NCBI GenBank assembly: GCA_038883655.1
Contig: JAVZLQ010000001.1
Span: forward strand, 128,001-192,000
Source: Candidatus Bathyarchaeia archaeon
Lineage (GTDB): Archaea > Thermoproteota > Bathyarchaeia > Bathyarchaeales > Bathycorpusculaceae
DNA length: 64,000 nt
Reading direction: 5' to 3'
A program made the position numbers and the translations under genes. The notes beneath the pieces are model-generated. The model did not search any database. It was not told the DNA's origin and was given only the letters and a program-made list of their open reading frames with translations. Below are positions 19,291-28,195 of this stretch, in pieces; the first letter of the stretch is position 1, and each line of letters begins with the position of its first letter.

Positions 19291-20493
19291 ATGGAAAGCT
19301 TTAACCCTGAAAAATTTGTTGAAACACAAATTGCAGAGATAAAAAGGGCTATTGGAAAAGATAAGGCTTTGGTGGCTGTTTCTGGAGGCGTGGACAGCAC
19401 AACATGCGCTGTTCTGACGCATAGGGCTATAGGAAAAAACCTCGTCTGCATAATGCTTGATGACGCCTTTATGCGCGAAGGCGAACCAGAACGCGTGGCT
19501 GAAATACTCTCTAAACCGCCTTTAGAAGTTCCAACAAAAGTTGTCAACGTGCGCGAACACTTCTTAAAGGCTATGAAGGGCTTGAGGGACGCTGAGGAAA
19601 AGCGCAAAATGTTCCGCGACACGTTCTATCAAGTTCTAGGTGAAACAGCAAAAAACGAGGGCTGCAAAGTCCTTGTGCAAGGCACAATACGCGCGGACAT
19701 AATCGAAACAGTAAGCGGCATAAAAACACAGCACAACGTTCTGGAGCAGATGGGAATAAACCCGATGGAAAAGTACGGCTTCAAAATTGTTGAGCCACTT
19801 TTAAGCCTTTATAAATGGCAAGTACGCTTGGTTGCAAAGCATCTGGGTTTGCCGCCAGAAATTTCTGAACGCCAACCATTCCCTGGTCCAGGCTTGTCGG
19901 TTCGTGTTGTGGGCGAAATTCGTTCAGATAAACTTGAAACTTTGAAGAAAGCCACTGCGGTTGTTGAGCGCGAACTTGCGGCACATAATCCCAGTCAGTA
20001 TTTTGCAGTAATAATTGATAATGAGTCTTCTGAAGCGCCTTCTGGCATCCTTCACGTACAGGAGACTGTGGCGCGTTTTCTTAATGTTCCATCAAGAAAC
20101 GTTGCTGTGAAGATTTTCAAGGACAAAGCTACTGGTATAGAAGGCGGAAAGCGGCGTTACGGCGAGATTGTTGGCATAACAGTTCAAACAGCCAGTGGGC
20201 AGGTTCACCAAACAACAATCCAGAACATGGTTGCGCTTCAGAAGAAACTAATCACAGAAAACCCCAAGATTGCGAGAGTATTCTACGCTGTTCGGGACTT
20301 GCTAGCGAAAAAGCCTTATGTTGTTGGCATAAGGGCTGTCCAAACAAGAGATTTCTTAACAGCGGAAGTTTCGGAAATTCCGTGGGCTACCCTTGACAAA
20401 GCCGCGGAAAAGGTTTTAAACGAATGTGCCAATGTGGCCGCTGTTTATTATGATGTTACGCCTAAGCCTCCCGCAACAATAGAGATGGAGTAA
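19291..20493 (+). CDS. guaA: GMP synthase ATP-pyrophosphatase subunit (subunit B) with enlarged C-terminal domain
   Basis: SGGVDS PP-loop, EEKRK, QGTI..DIIE, IKTQHNV, PFPGPGL, YDVTPKPPATIE. Confidence 0.9.
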   Translation: MESFNPEKFVETQIAEIKRAIGKDKALVAVSGGVDSTTCAVLTHRAIGKNLVCIMLDDAFMREGEPERVAEILSKPPLEVPTKVVNVREHFLKAMKGLRDAEEKRKMFRDTFYQVLGETAKNEGCKVLVQGTIRADIIETVSGIKTQHNVLEQMGINPMEKYGFKIVEPLLSLYKWQVRLVAKHLGLPPEISERQPFPGPGLSVRVVGEIRSDKLETLKKATAVVERELAAHNPSQYFAVIIDNESSEAPSGILHVQETVARFLNVPSRNVAVKIFKDKATGIEGGKRRYGEIVGITVQTASGQVHQTTIQNMVALQKKLITENPKIARVFYAVRDLLAKKPYVVGIRAVQTRDFLTAEVSEIPWATLDKAAEKVLNECANVAAVYYDVTPKPPATIEME

Positions 20494-20499
20494 AAGTCA

Positions 20500-20826
20500 A
20501 TGTTCCGCGTGAGAGTTCAAAAAATCGAGTCTATTCGCGATTTGGACGGTAACCTTGGGAAACGCATAGAACTCGTCGAAGAGCGCAAGCTTCCACATCT
20601 GGTTGTCCGACCCCAAACAGAAGAAGCCAAGGTGGTACAAGACGTTTTACAAGCCTTACAGCAGCAGTTACCAATGTTTCCAGCTAGGGCTGAATTTGCA
20701 TTTCCAAAAATAATACTCTTTTTGACTGAGCAAGAATACGAAAGTTTGGGCATAAGTTTCGACGTGAACCAGACGTATGATGTGGTGCTTGAAAATCAAA
20801 CGATAAAGTTCAAGAAAGTTTCATAA
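20500..20826 (+). CDS. Arcadin-1-like protein
   Basis: D..G..GKRIELVEE..LP, helical middle, PKIILFLTEQEYE.LG..FDV pattern recalled from Pyrobaculum arcadin-1. Confidence 0.65.
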   Translation: MFRVRVQKIESIRDLDGNLGKRIELVEERKLPHLVVRPQTEEAKVVQDVLQALQQQLPMFPARAEFAFPKIILFLTEQEYESLGISFDVNQTYDVVLENQTIKFKKVS

Positions 20827-21145
20827 TCTCTTTTCGCATGTGCTTCAAAGCCGAATAACGCGGATGAAAGGACAAAACAAACATCATACTCTTTAAGGCT
20901 GAAAGGACAAGACTGGGCTGAACCTTTCCATCCCGATCACAGTAAAGCGGAATAGGCTCTTCTTCGCCATTCTTATAGTAAACGTATATGGGTTTAAACT
21001 TGCCCTTGAAGGCGACAACCTCAAAATCCAAATTCAAAAGCCCAGCAACCCTCGCAACGGTTGCGCTAACCGACTTAAGCCTTCTTCCATTAAAAGCAAA
21101 AGATGAAGCGTAAACCAGCAACTTGCCGCCAGCACTCTTAATCAT
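20810..21145 (-). CDS. Hypothetical protein
   Basis: Probable start ATG 21145 (MIKSAGGKLLV...IYVYYKNGEEEPIPLYCD...MFVLSFHP). Confidence 0.6.
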   Translation of the reverse strand: MIKSAGGKLLVYASSFAFNGRRLKSVSATVARVAGLLNLDFEVVAFKGKFKPIYVYYKNGEEEPIPLYCDRDGKVQPSLVLSALKSMMFVLSFHPRYSALKHMRKEIMKLS

Positions 21146-21284
21146 ACACGCATCACCAACTAGACGAATGCTCAGCCAAAAACTCCTTTTAAAACAAGCG
21201 TCCGAACGACAAAAATGCACAGTGGAGAGAGTTAAGTTAAAGTGAAGATGAATCAAATTGAAATTACGTGGAGCGGACAGCCCC

Positions 21285-21563
21285 ATGACGGTTAGAGCTC
21301 ATGTTTTTGTTTCGGGTAGGGTTCAAGGCGTCTTTTTCAGGTCTGAAACGGCATATGAAGCAAAAAAGCGTGGCGTTAAGGGCTGGGTTCGCAACTTACC
21401 AGACGGAAGAGTCGAAGCCATATTCGAAGGCGAAGAAAAAAACGTAGAAGAATTAATAAAATTCTGCAAGCGCGGACCACCAGGAGCACGAGTAACGAAC
21501 GTAGAGGTTTTATGGGAGCGTCCCACTGGAGAATTCAAAGATTTTGAAATCAAATACTGGTAA
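21285..21563 (+). CDS. acyP: Acylphosphatase
   Basis: [30 protein letters not shown]. Confidence 0.95.
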   Translation: MTVRAHVFVSGRVQGVFFRSETAYEAKKRGVKGWVRNLPDGRVEAIFEGEEKNVEELIKFCKRGPPGARVTNVEVLWERPTGEFKDFEIKYW

Positions 21564-21598
21564 ACCTTTAAGGATGAGAGTTCTCATGAATGTCCGCA

Positions 21599-22030
21599 TC
21601 ATGTTTTCTTTCTTGGGACTCTGAAGTGTGATGCCTTTCCTGCGCTTACGTAATCTCCGCCTATTCCACGTACTACCGATGCTATTTTTGCAAAGTTTTC
21701 CGAACCTAAAAATTGTCTTGGCTTTATAATTATGTAATCATCTTTTTCTTCGAAGTTTAAGAGGTTCTCCAAGTCTTCTGGGAACATCATTTTTATGTCT
21801 TCTATTGACTGCGTTTTTTCTATGGTTTTTGGCGTTGTTGTGGGCATAGGCGCGGGTGGCGTTGGTGTTGGAGTGGTCGGCGGCGTAGTTGGCGGTGTGA
21901 TTTGTTGGATTGCTATTGATTTTAGTGTTATCGATATTTCCCTTAGGTCTTCTGCTACGCGATTTAGGATTATGAGCGTCTCGTCTATTCTTTCAATAAG
22001 CTTTTCAAGAATTTTTCCTTCGCCGCTCAT
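21599..22030 (-). CDS. Hypothetical protein: N-terminal coiled coil, Pro/Thr-rich linker, compact C-terminal domain
   Basis: Start MSGEGKILEKL at 22030 with an upstream GGAG-like SD; TPPTTPPTTPTPTPPAPMPTTTP linker. Confidence 0.7.
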   Translation of the reverse strand: MSGEGKILEKLIERIDETLIILNRVAEDLREISITLKSIAIQQITPPTTPPTTPTPTPPAPMPTTTPKTIEKTQSIEDIKMMFPEDLENLLNFEEKDDYIIIKPRQFLGSENFAKIASVVRGIGGDYVSAGKASHFRVPRKKT

Positions 22031-22121
22031 ATGCTTCTCCTTTTCCAAATCCTTAATACAAAACCATTTATTAATTGTTTTTGACAAGCAAAATAGAAAA
22101 CGTTGAGAGGTTAAGTAGCAT

Positions 22122-23159
22122 TTGATTGAGGTTGACGGCGGCCAAAAAAGCGGAAGCGGTACAATCCTGAGGCTTTCGGTTGCTTTAGCCGCCATAATTG
22201 GGCAGCCCCTACACATATACAATATTCGGCAGAATAGACCACAACCAGGTTTGAGACCACAACATTTGGAAGCTGTCTTAACCGCTGCTAGGCTTTGCGC
22301 TGCAGATTTGAAAGGTGCAGAGTTGAACTCTCGTGAGCTTTGGTTCTTTCCAAAAAAGGTGCGCGGCGGAACAGTTGAGGCTGAAATTGGAACTGCTGGG
22401 AGCATTCCAATGCTGCTAATGACCGTTTTGCCAATATGCGCTTTCGCGGAAAACCCCGTGCAACTTCATGTTTCAAAGGGCGGGACAGACGTTCAAAACG
22501 CGCCCACGATCAACTATCTGCGTTTTGTTCTTCTGCCAATGCTCAAGCAAATGGGAATAAACGCATCCTTACACGTTAACAAATATGGTTATTACCCAAA
22601 AGGAATGGGTGAGGTAACCGTTACCGTCAAGCCGAACAAGAACTTGAAGCCTATTCGCCTAGAAAATTTTGGCAAGATAAAAGGGTTGAAGGGCTTTTCT
22701 GTGTGCACTTTCCTAGCTGATAGGCGGGTGGCTGAACGCCAAGCAGAAGCGGCGAACAGCTACTTGCGTGAGAAAGGCTACACGGCGGAAATCCAAATAG
22801 TGAATGACAGGTCTAATCCCCTTCAAAAGGGCAGTTCATTAGTTTTATGGGCTGAAACTGACGCTGGCGCTGTTTTGGGTGCTGATGCCATAGGAGAAAT
22901 TAGAAAGACAAGCGAGGCTGTTGGGCGAGAGGCAGCCGAGAAACTTTATACTGAAATTTCATGTAAGCCCACTGTTGATGTACATTTGGCTGACATGCTA
23001 GTTCCCTATGTGGCTTTAGCTAAAGGCAAATCTTGCTATTTGACGCGGCAAGTTTCAGACCATTTGGAAACGAACATTTGGCTCGCGCAAGAGTTGTTGG
23101 GCGTTAAATTTAATGTTGAAAGGGTTGGTGAGCTTTACAGAATTGAGCGAACAGCCTAA
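22122..23159 (+). CDS. rtcA: RNA 3'-terminal phosphate cyclase
   Basis: NIRQNRPQPGLRPQHL, IGTAGSI, GGTDV, GYYPKG.GEV, VDVHLADML. Confidence 0.93.
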   Translation: MIEVDGGQKSGSGTILRLSVALAAIIGQPLHIYNIRQNRPQPGLRPQHLEAVLTAARLCAADLKGAELNSRELWFFPKKVRGGTVEAEIGTAGSIPMLLMTVLPICAFAENPVQLHVSKGGTDVQNAPTINYLRFVLLPMLKQMGINASLHVNKYGYYPKGMGEVTVTVKPNKNLKPIRLENFGKIKGLKGFSVCTFLADRRVAERQAEAANSYLREKGYTAEIQIVNDRSNPLQKGSSLVLWAETDAGAVLGADAIGEIRKTSEAVGREAAEKLYTEISCKPTVDVHLADMLVPYVALAKGKSCYLTRQVSDHLETNIWLAQELLGVKFNVERVGELYRIERTA

Positions 23160-23184
23160 AATTGAGCTTGCGAGTGGCGTCTTT

Positions 23185-24579
23185 ATGAAGGTGAAGGTTA
23201 GGGGAATATACACAACAGCCTTAACAAAACTACTTTTAGATAACGGCTTTGAAATAATTGAGCCGTCCCTAGCCATAAAAAACCGTTTTGGGCTTGCGGA
23301 CAATTTTCTGCAGCCAGACATGAAGGTGAAAGACCGTTATGACATGCAAGGTGTGAGGGTGCTTGGCAAACCAGAAGCTGTTGAAAGGTTCAAGATGATT
23401 TTGCAGGAGGCTTTACCGGATGTTATAACTAGGAAGTGGGCTGTCAGTGTGGATGGAATATACAAGGGCAAAGTTGTCGGAGTTTGCGGAGACACAGTTT
23501 ATGTTGACATGGGCGAGGGCGTAATTGGGCAACTCCAGAAACCAAACCTACATGCCTCAGAAGGTGAATCTATAATTGTTCAGGTTGAAAGAAGGCGCAT
23601 TGGAGCAAAACAGCCAACCTTAACCACAAACTTGAAGATTGTTGGAGAAAATGCCATTCTCGTGCAGAACAGCCGCGTTGGTGTCAGCCTAAAAATCCGC
23701 GACATTAACAAGAGAGCTGAACTTTACGCTTTGGGAATGAAACTTGCCCCGGAAGGTTGGGGAATAATTTGGCGTGAAACCTCGGCAAAAATGTCAGTAG
23801 AAGCCTTAGAAGGTGAGGTGAAGATGCTTGTGGAGAAAGCGGAAAGTCTAAATGAAAGGGCTGTCGTGACGGAAGCACCGTCAATTTTGGTTGAAGGTTT
23901 AAGTTTCATGGATGTTGAGTTTCCTTTCTTCTCAAAGAGGGAAATGGATAAGCTTAGGGCGTATGTTACCCCAACATTGGATGGGCATCACTTTTACAAG
24001 AGTTGTGGTGGGAGGGTTTCATCCACCTTGGAGATGGCGGAAAAACTTTTGGAAAATGGTCAAAATGAAAGTGTGGTTAATGATGCTTTTAGGCAGCAAA
24101 TCGTATACGAGTTTCCAGAAGAAGGCTCAATTGTTGATGTTGAACATGTTAAGCTAAGCGGCGCGGTTTTCCACCTTGGACAAGCAGAAATCGAGAGCAT
24201 CGATGATAAAAGGCTAAAATACAGCCGAATCATGCGGAGCAACGGCTTCTATGATGGGTTAGGCGTGAAGAAAGAAGCAGGAGACAAAGCTGTAAGCGAA
24301 ACCGAAATTGGCGAATTCTACACAACAACAAGTTATTTTTCCGTTGATGGAACATTTAAGGGCAAATACATAAACCTAAACACACCAGTGGAAATTTATC
24401 CGCAAACACTCCGCTATGTAGATTTAGAAGTTGATGTCTGCGTATTGCCAGACGGCACAACTAAGGTTTTGGACATGGAGAAACTTGAAAAAGCATTAGA
24501 GCGTGGGCTCATAAGCAAGGCGTTTTTCCAGAAAATTTTGGAGAAAGTCGAAGAAATAAAGAGGGTTTGCGGGTCTTAA
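23185..24579 (+). CDS. FAU-1-like RNA-binding protein/ribonuclease (RNase E/G-like + DUF402)
   Basis: VRGIYTTALTKLL, GWGIIWR, TPTLDGHHFYK, YDGLG, YINLNTPVEIYP, YVDLEVDV. Confidence 0.88.
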   Translation: MKVKVRGIYTTALTKLLLDNGFEIIEPSLAIKNRFGLADNFLQPDMKVKDRYDMQGVRVLGKPEAVERFKMILQEALPDVITRKWAVSVDGIYKGKVVGVCGDTVYVDMGEGVIGQLQKPNLHASEGESIIVQVERRRIGAKQPTLTTNLKIVGENAILVQNSRVGVSLKIRDINKRAELYALGMKLAPEGWGIIWRETSAKMSVEALEGEVKMLVEKAESLNERAVVTEAPSILVEGLSFMDVEFPFFSKREMDKLRAYVTPTLDGHHFYKSCGGRVSSTLEMAEKLLENGQNESVVNDAFRQQIVYEFPEEGSIVDVEHVKLSGAVFHLGQAEIESIDDKRLKYSRIMRSNGFYDGLGVKKEAGDKAVSETEIGEFYTTTSYFSVDGTFKGKYINLNTPVEIYPQTLRYVDLEVDVCVLPDGTTKVLDMEKLEKALERGLISKAFFQKILEKVEEIKRVCGS

Positions 24580-25649
24580 TGCCAAAAGAAGCTGTGTGCT
24601 TAAAAATTCCGAAAGCTGAAGGCGAAAAAGCCATAATCCTAGTCAGCAAACTCAAAATAATTGATAGGGAACTGGAAATTCAAAGAAACAAAAATTTCAT
24701 TTATGTCCCGCTTACTAGCCAACCATCAGAAGATGCCCTAAAAACCTTGCAAAGCCAAATCCAAGAATATGAAATAACAACATGTGCATTCCAAGAAAAG
24801 GCTAGAAAAAGTAGAACCATAATTGAATACCTTGAGGGTAAACTTTCGCCACACTTGCTGGCAAGCCTTCCAAAGGCAATGGACATTGTTGGCGACATAG
24901 CCATAATAGAAGTTCCTCCAGAACTGGAAAAACACAAAGGCTTAATAGGCGAAGCCATAATCGAAACTCACAGGAACATTAAAACTGTTCTTGCAAAAGC
25001 TGGAGCCATAAGCGGAACCTACCGCCTAAGAGAATTGGCAGTAATTGCTGGAGAACCTAAAACCGCGACAGTCCACAGGGAATATGGATGCCAGTATTAT
25101 GTTGACCTTGCAAAGGCGTATTTTTCCCCTCGCCTATCATATGAGCATCATAGGATAGCATCGCAGGTGAAGGAAGGCGAAACAGTGATTGACATGTTTG
25201 CTGGTGTTGGGCCCTTCTCCATTTTGATTGCCAAGATGCGTGAGCGTGTGAAGGTTTATGCCATAGATATTAACCCAGAGGCAGTTGAATTGCTGAAACG
25301 TAACATAAGGCTGAACAGGGTTGAAGGCAAAGTCTATCCAATGCTTGGAGACGCAGAAGGAATTATCGAAAAAATGTTCGTTGAAGTTGCTGACCGTGTA
25401 ATTATGAACTTGCCGGAGAAAGCCATAGATTTTGTCGTTTCTGCGTGTAGGGCGCTCAAAGCAGCTGGCGGAATGATCCACTTTTATAGCTTCGTTAAAC
25501 CTTCAGAACCACTGGAAGACATTAAAATTCGCTTCGCCCGAGTTGTTGAAAAGTCTGGGCGTAAGCTGGAGAAAATCCATTTTTCAAGGCTTGTTCGCGA
25601 AACAGCCCCATACGAGTGGCAAGCAGTAATAGACGCAGAAATTCGTTAA
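24579..25649 (+). CDS. trm5: tRNA (guanine-37-N1) methyltransferase Trm5 / Met-10+ family
   Basis: DIVGDIAI, AYFSPRLSYEHHRI, DMFAGVGPF, DINP, DRVIMNLP. Confidence 0.85.
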   Translation: MPKEAVCLKIPKAEGEKAIILVSKLKIIDRELEIQRNKNFIYVPLTSQPSEDALKTLQSQIQEYEITTCAFQEKARKSRTIIEYLEGKLSPHLLASLPKAMDIVGDIAIIEVPPELEKHKGLIGEAIIETHRNIKTVLAKAGAISGTYRLRELAVIAGEPKTATVHREYGCQYYVDLAKAYFSPRLSYEHHRIASQVKEGETVIDMFAGVGPFSILIAKMRERVKVYAIDINPEAVELLKRNIRLNRVEGKVYPMLGDAEGIIEKMFVEVADRVIMNLPEKAIDFVVSACRALKAAGGMIHFYSFVKPSEPLEDIKIRFARVVEKSGRKLEKIHFSRLVRETAPYEWQAVIDAEIR

Positions 25650-26101
25650 ACGCTTACGGTTAACGTAATCTTCACTTTTTGCCGCGGGTTCTTCAGCTCT
25701 TCAACAAGCCTTCTTGAAAGGTCGCACGCCGCTTTGTCGGCTTTTATTGCCAATGTTCTCGCGCATACATAATCGCTTTTTCTGACAACAATGTCTGTTG
25801 GATGAGTCAAAATCAACTTTGGGCTGCCAAATGCTTTAACAACTTCAGCAACTTCATTCGTTTCAATATGCACAGTTATTTCTGCTCTTTCATTTAAGAG
25901 GCATTTTTTAAATTCTAGGCTTAAATCTGCTAAAGCTTTGTCTGCTGAAACAGCAATTATGCAATCACCTTTTCTTGTAAGCTCAGTTTCCTTCGTAATT
26001 TCAAGCGTTGACCCATGCGTGGCGCTAATATTCTCATGTCCGCGAGCAATGATGACTTCTCTTACTTTCACGGAGGTTCCATCCACGCTATTTGAGGGCA
26101 A
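25646..26101 (-). CDS. DUF371-family protein
   Basis: ARGHENISATHGSTLEIT, GDCIIAV, VVRKSDY, RTLAIKADKAA. Confidence 0.88.
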   Translation of the reverse strand: MPSNSVDGTSVKVREVIIARGHENISATHGSTLEITKETELTRKGDCIIAVSADKALADLSLEFKKCLLNERAEITVHIETNEVAEVVKAFGSPKLILTHPTDIVVRKSDYVCARTLAIKADKAACDLSRRLVEELKNPRQKVKITLTVSV

Positions 26102-26540
26102 GTTTAAGTATTATTGCGTCATGTCCAAGCCCAAAATAGTCTTGCATGAAGCCAGTTATGCGGAACCCGTGCTCATAATAGAAGGGGATGGCTGACGCGC
26201 ACTTGTAATGCACCTCTGCAAGAACAGCCATAGCGCCTTTACGCTTTAGCGCTTTTAATATCTTTTCCAGCAAACGCCTTCCTATGCCCCTTCCTTGATA
26301 ATCCTTTGCGATAACAATGTCTTCAAGCGTTCCTTGCTGACCACGAATGTCTGCAAGTGCATATCCAACAACTTTTCCATCTTTAACAGCCACGAAAGCT
26401 AAGTCTGGGTTTTCCCTTAATCCATCTAAAATGTGTTTGGAGTATTCTTCTTTTGTGGCGTAAGGGTTCGCCAGCACGGAGAGCTCGGATACAACTGGCA
26501 AGTCACTCTCAAGCATTCTCCTAATGGCTATTTTGGTCAT
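26088..26540 (-). CDS. GNAT acetyltransferase (RimI-like)
   Basis: YQGRGIGRRLL motif A; FYYEHGF. Confidence 0.88.
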   Translation of the reverse strand: MTKIAIRRMLESDLPVVSELSVLANPYATKEEYSKHILDGLRENPDLAFVAVKDGKVVGYALADIRGQQGTLEDIVIAKDYQGRGIGRRLLEKILKALKRKGAMAVLAEVHYKCASAIPFYYEHGFRITGFMQDYFGLGHDAIILKLALK

Positions 26541-27004
26541 GTCTTTTCACTTTGCTGCAGTTCCTTTGCTAGGTAAAGTGCAACCTTTCCGTCTTGGTAG
26601 ATTTTGTCGTTGTATCCGCAGATTTTGTAGCCATTTTTAAAGTATAGTTGTAGGGCTGGTGTGTTGTCAATTGCCGTGTCAAACATTATGACCCGCGCTT
26701 TTTTCTTTTTGGCAAAGGCTTCCATAGCCTTTAATAGGGCTGTTCCTATGCCTTTGCATCTGTGTCGCGAATCCACGAGGACAGTTATAACGTAGGCGCT
26801 GTTGTTCCACCTATAAAAATGGATGCGCGAATAACCAACAATCTCACCGTTTTCTTCTGCCACAAAAAAGAAGCATTTTTCGTTTGGATTTTTCAGCGCA
26901 AAAAGTGCGCGTAAATTTTCCTTTGTCGGTTCACCGTTTCTCTTTTCTAAATCCAAAATTTCATCCAAATCCTTTACAGCGGCAATGCGAACCCTAACCA
27001 TCAC
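26537..27004 (-). CDS. GNAT acetyltransferase
   Basis: HRCKGIGTALL; NTPALQLYFKNGY. Confidence 0.88.
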   Translation of the reverse strand: MMVRVRIAAVKDLDEILDLEKRNGEPTKENLRALFALKNPNEKCFFFVAEENGEIVGYSRIHFYRWNNSAYVITVLVDSRHRCKGIGTALLKAMEAFAKKKKARVIMFDTAIDNTPALQLYFKNGYKICGYNDKIYQDGKVALYLAKELQQSEKT

Positions 27005-27019
27005 TTCACCACTCCACGT

Positions 27020-27985
27020 CTATTCTAGAACTTCTATGCTATCCACTTTGCCGTCTCCATCTAAATCGAAGCCTTGAATAACCGTTGCGAACGAGTCTTC
27101 GCCACCATACTTCCTCAAGGTTTTTTCCCAAAAATTTGTTAAAGCCAAAACACATGCCTTTGTGCCAACAGCCTTATTTCCAGCCAAAACAATTATTCTT
27201 TTTGTTTTGTCCCATGGATTCGCTATTTTCGCTATCAAACCGACAGCATCCGCCATGTAAACGTTAGTTGTTCTCCTTGAAACTAAACCGCCGAACAAAA
27301 AGCCTTGTTCTGAAGGTTGCATGTTAAACCTTATTGGCAAATAGTCATTCACTTCCTGCGTTAGAAGGTTTGTTCCCGGACCGCCTACGAGGATTAGGTT
27401 GTTCCGTTCTTCTTTTTCGGCTTTCACGTCAACGTCGAGTTTCACGGCGAACTCATCTGGCAATCTTGAAAATTGTCCAAGAAAGAATGTCAAGTGTGAT
27501 GCGTAATGTCCATCTCTAGCGCTTGTTTTGAACGGTCCGTGTGGTGTTGGACTGCCAACGACTATTTTTCCTTCGAATGTTCCGTCATCCCTTATGAATT
27601 CTTTGAAAAACTTTTGGATTTGCTCGTCTATTCTTACCAGCGGAACCTTCTTTATTGTCTTATACTTTAGTGGGAGTTCTATGCCAAATGCGGGCGCCAC
27701 AACCTTATAGTATTTTGCCATTGCGCCTTTCTTTCCCTCTTCTCTCGCAACTGTTATGGCTCCTGCTTTCGCAAGCTTCCTAATGTGATAGTAAACTTTC
27801 TGTTCATGAACTCCAAGTGTCTTCGCGATTTCCAAAGGGTACATTTCCTTTTCAGAAAGCATGACCAGAATTTTCCAACTTAACTTTCCCATCATCATCT
27901 TAAGCTTCTGTGGATCTTCAACAATCATTATGTCCTTTGCCTTCTGAACTTTGCCTTCTTCATGGACTAGCAGTTTTTTGTACAT
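27020..27985 (-). CDS. ArsR-like wHTH regulator fused to a C-terminal alpha/beta domain
   Basis: MYPLEIAKTLGVHEQKVYYHIRKL HTH; NLILVGGPGTN, LAGNKAVGTKA. Confidence 0.78.
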   Translation of the reverse strand: MYKKLLVHEEGKVQKAKDIMIVEDPQKLKMMMGKLSWKILVMLSEKEMYPLEIAKTLGVHEQKVYYHIRKLAKAGAITVAREEGKKGAMAKYYKVVAPAFGIELPLKYKTIKKVPLVRIDEQIQKFFKEFIRDDGTFEGKIVVGSPTPHGPFKTSARDGHYASHLTFFLGQFSRLPDEFAVKLDVDVKAEKEERNNLILVGGPGTNLLTQEVNDYLPIRFNMQPSEQGFLFGGLVSRRTTNVYMADAVGLIAKIANPWDKTKRIIVLAGNKAVGTKACVLALTNFWEKTLRKYGGEDSFATVIQGFDLDGDGKVDSIEVLE

Positions 27986-28012
27986 TTTTCTTCGTGTCTA
28001 TAGGGGGCTAAT

Positions 28013-28114
28013 CCATTATAAAAATTTTTATTATGGTAAACGTACAACTAAACAAAGCATACGCCAAACAACGAACACGGCGGCTCCTAAGCTCTTAAAA
28101 AATTTTTAGAGCTT
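28013..28114. promoter_or_regulatory. Two palindromic operator-like sites in the divergent regulator/glmS promoter region
   Basis: ccattataaaaatttttattatgg (28013-28036) and aagctcttaaaaaatttttagagctt (28089-28114); shared core AAAAATTTTTA. Confidence 0.5.
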
Positions 28115-28195
28115 GAATTTTTCTCTTAAAAAACCTTATTTACGGAAAAGCTTCGATAAAAGCTTGCAAAACCAGAAGGGCGATGAGGCTCAAGC

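Noticed and set aside
21828-21900. GGCGTTG/GGTGTTG-like short repeats as a CRISPR or VNTR
   Set aside because: They are degenerate codons of a Pro/Thr linker; there is no repeat-spacer periodicity and no cas gene in the window
22031-22405. N-terminal extension of the 268-aa ORF 21599..22405
   Set aside because: It is antisense to rtcA and crosses the promoter region; the SD-preceded ATG at 22030 is the plausible start
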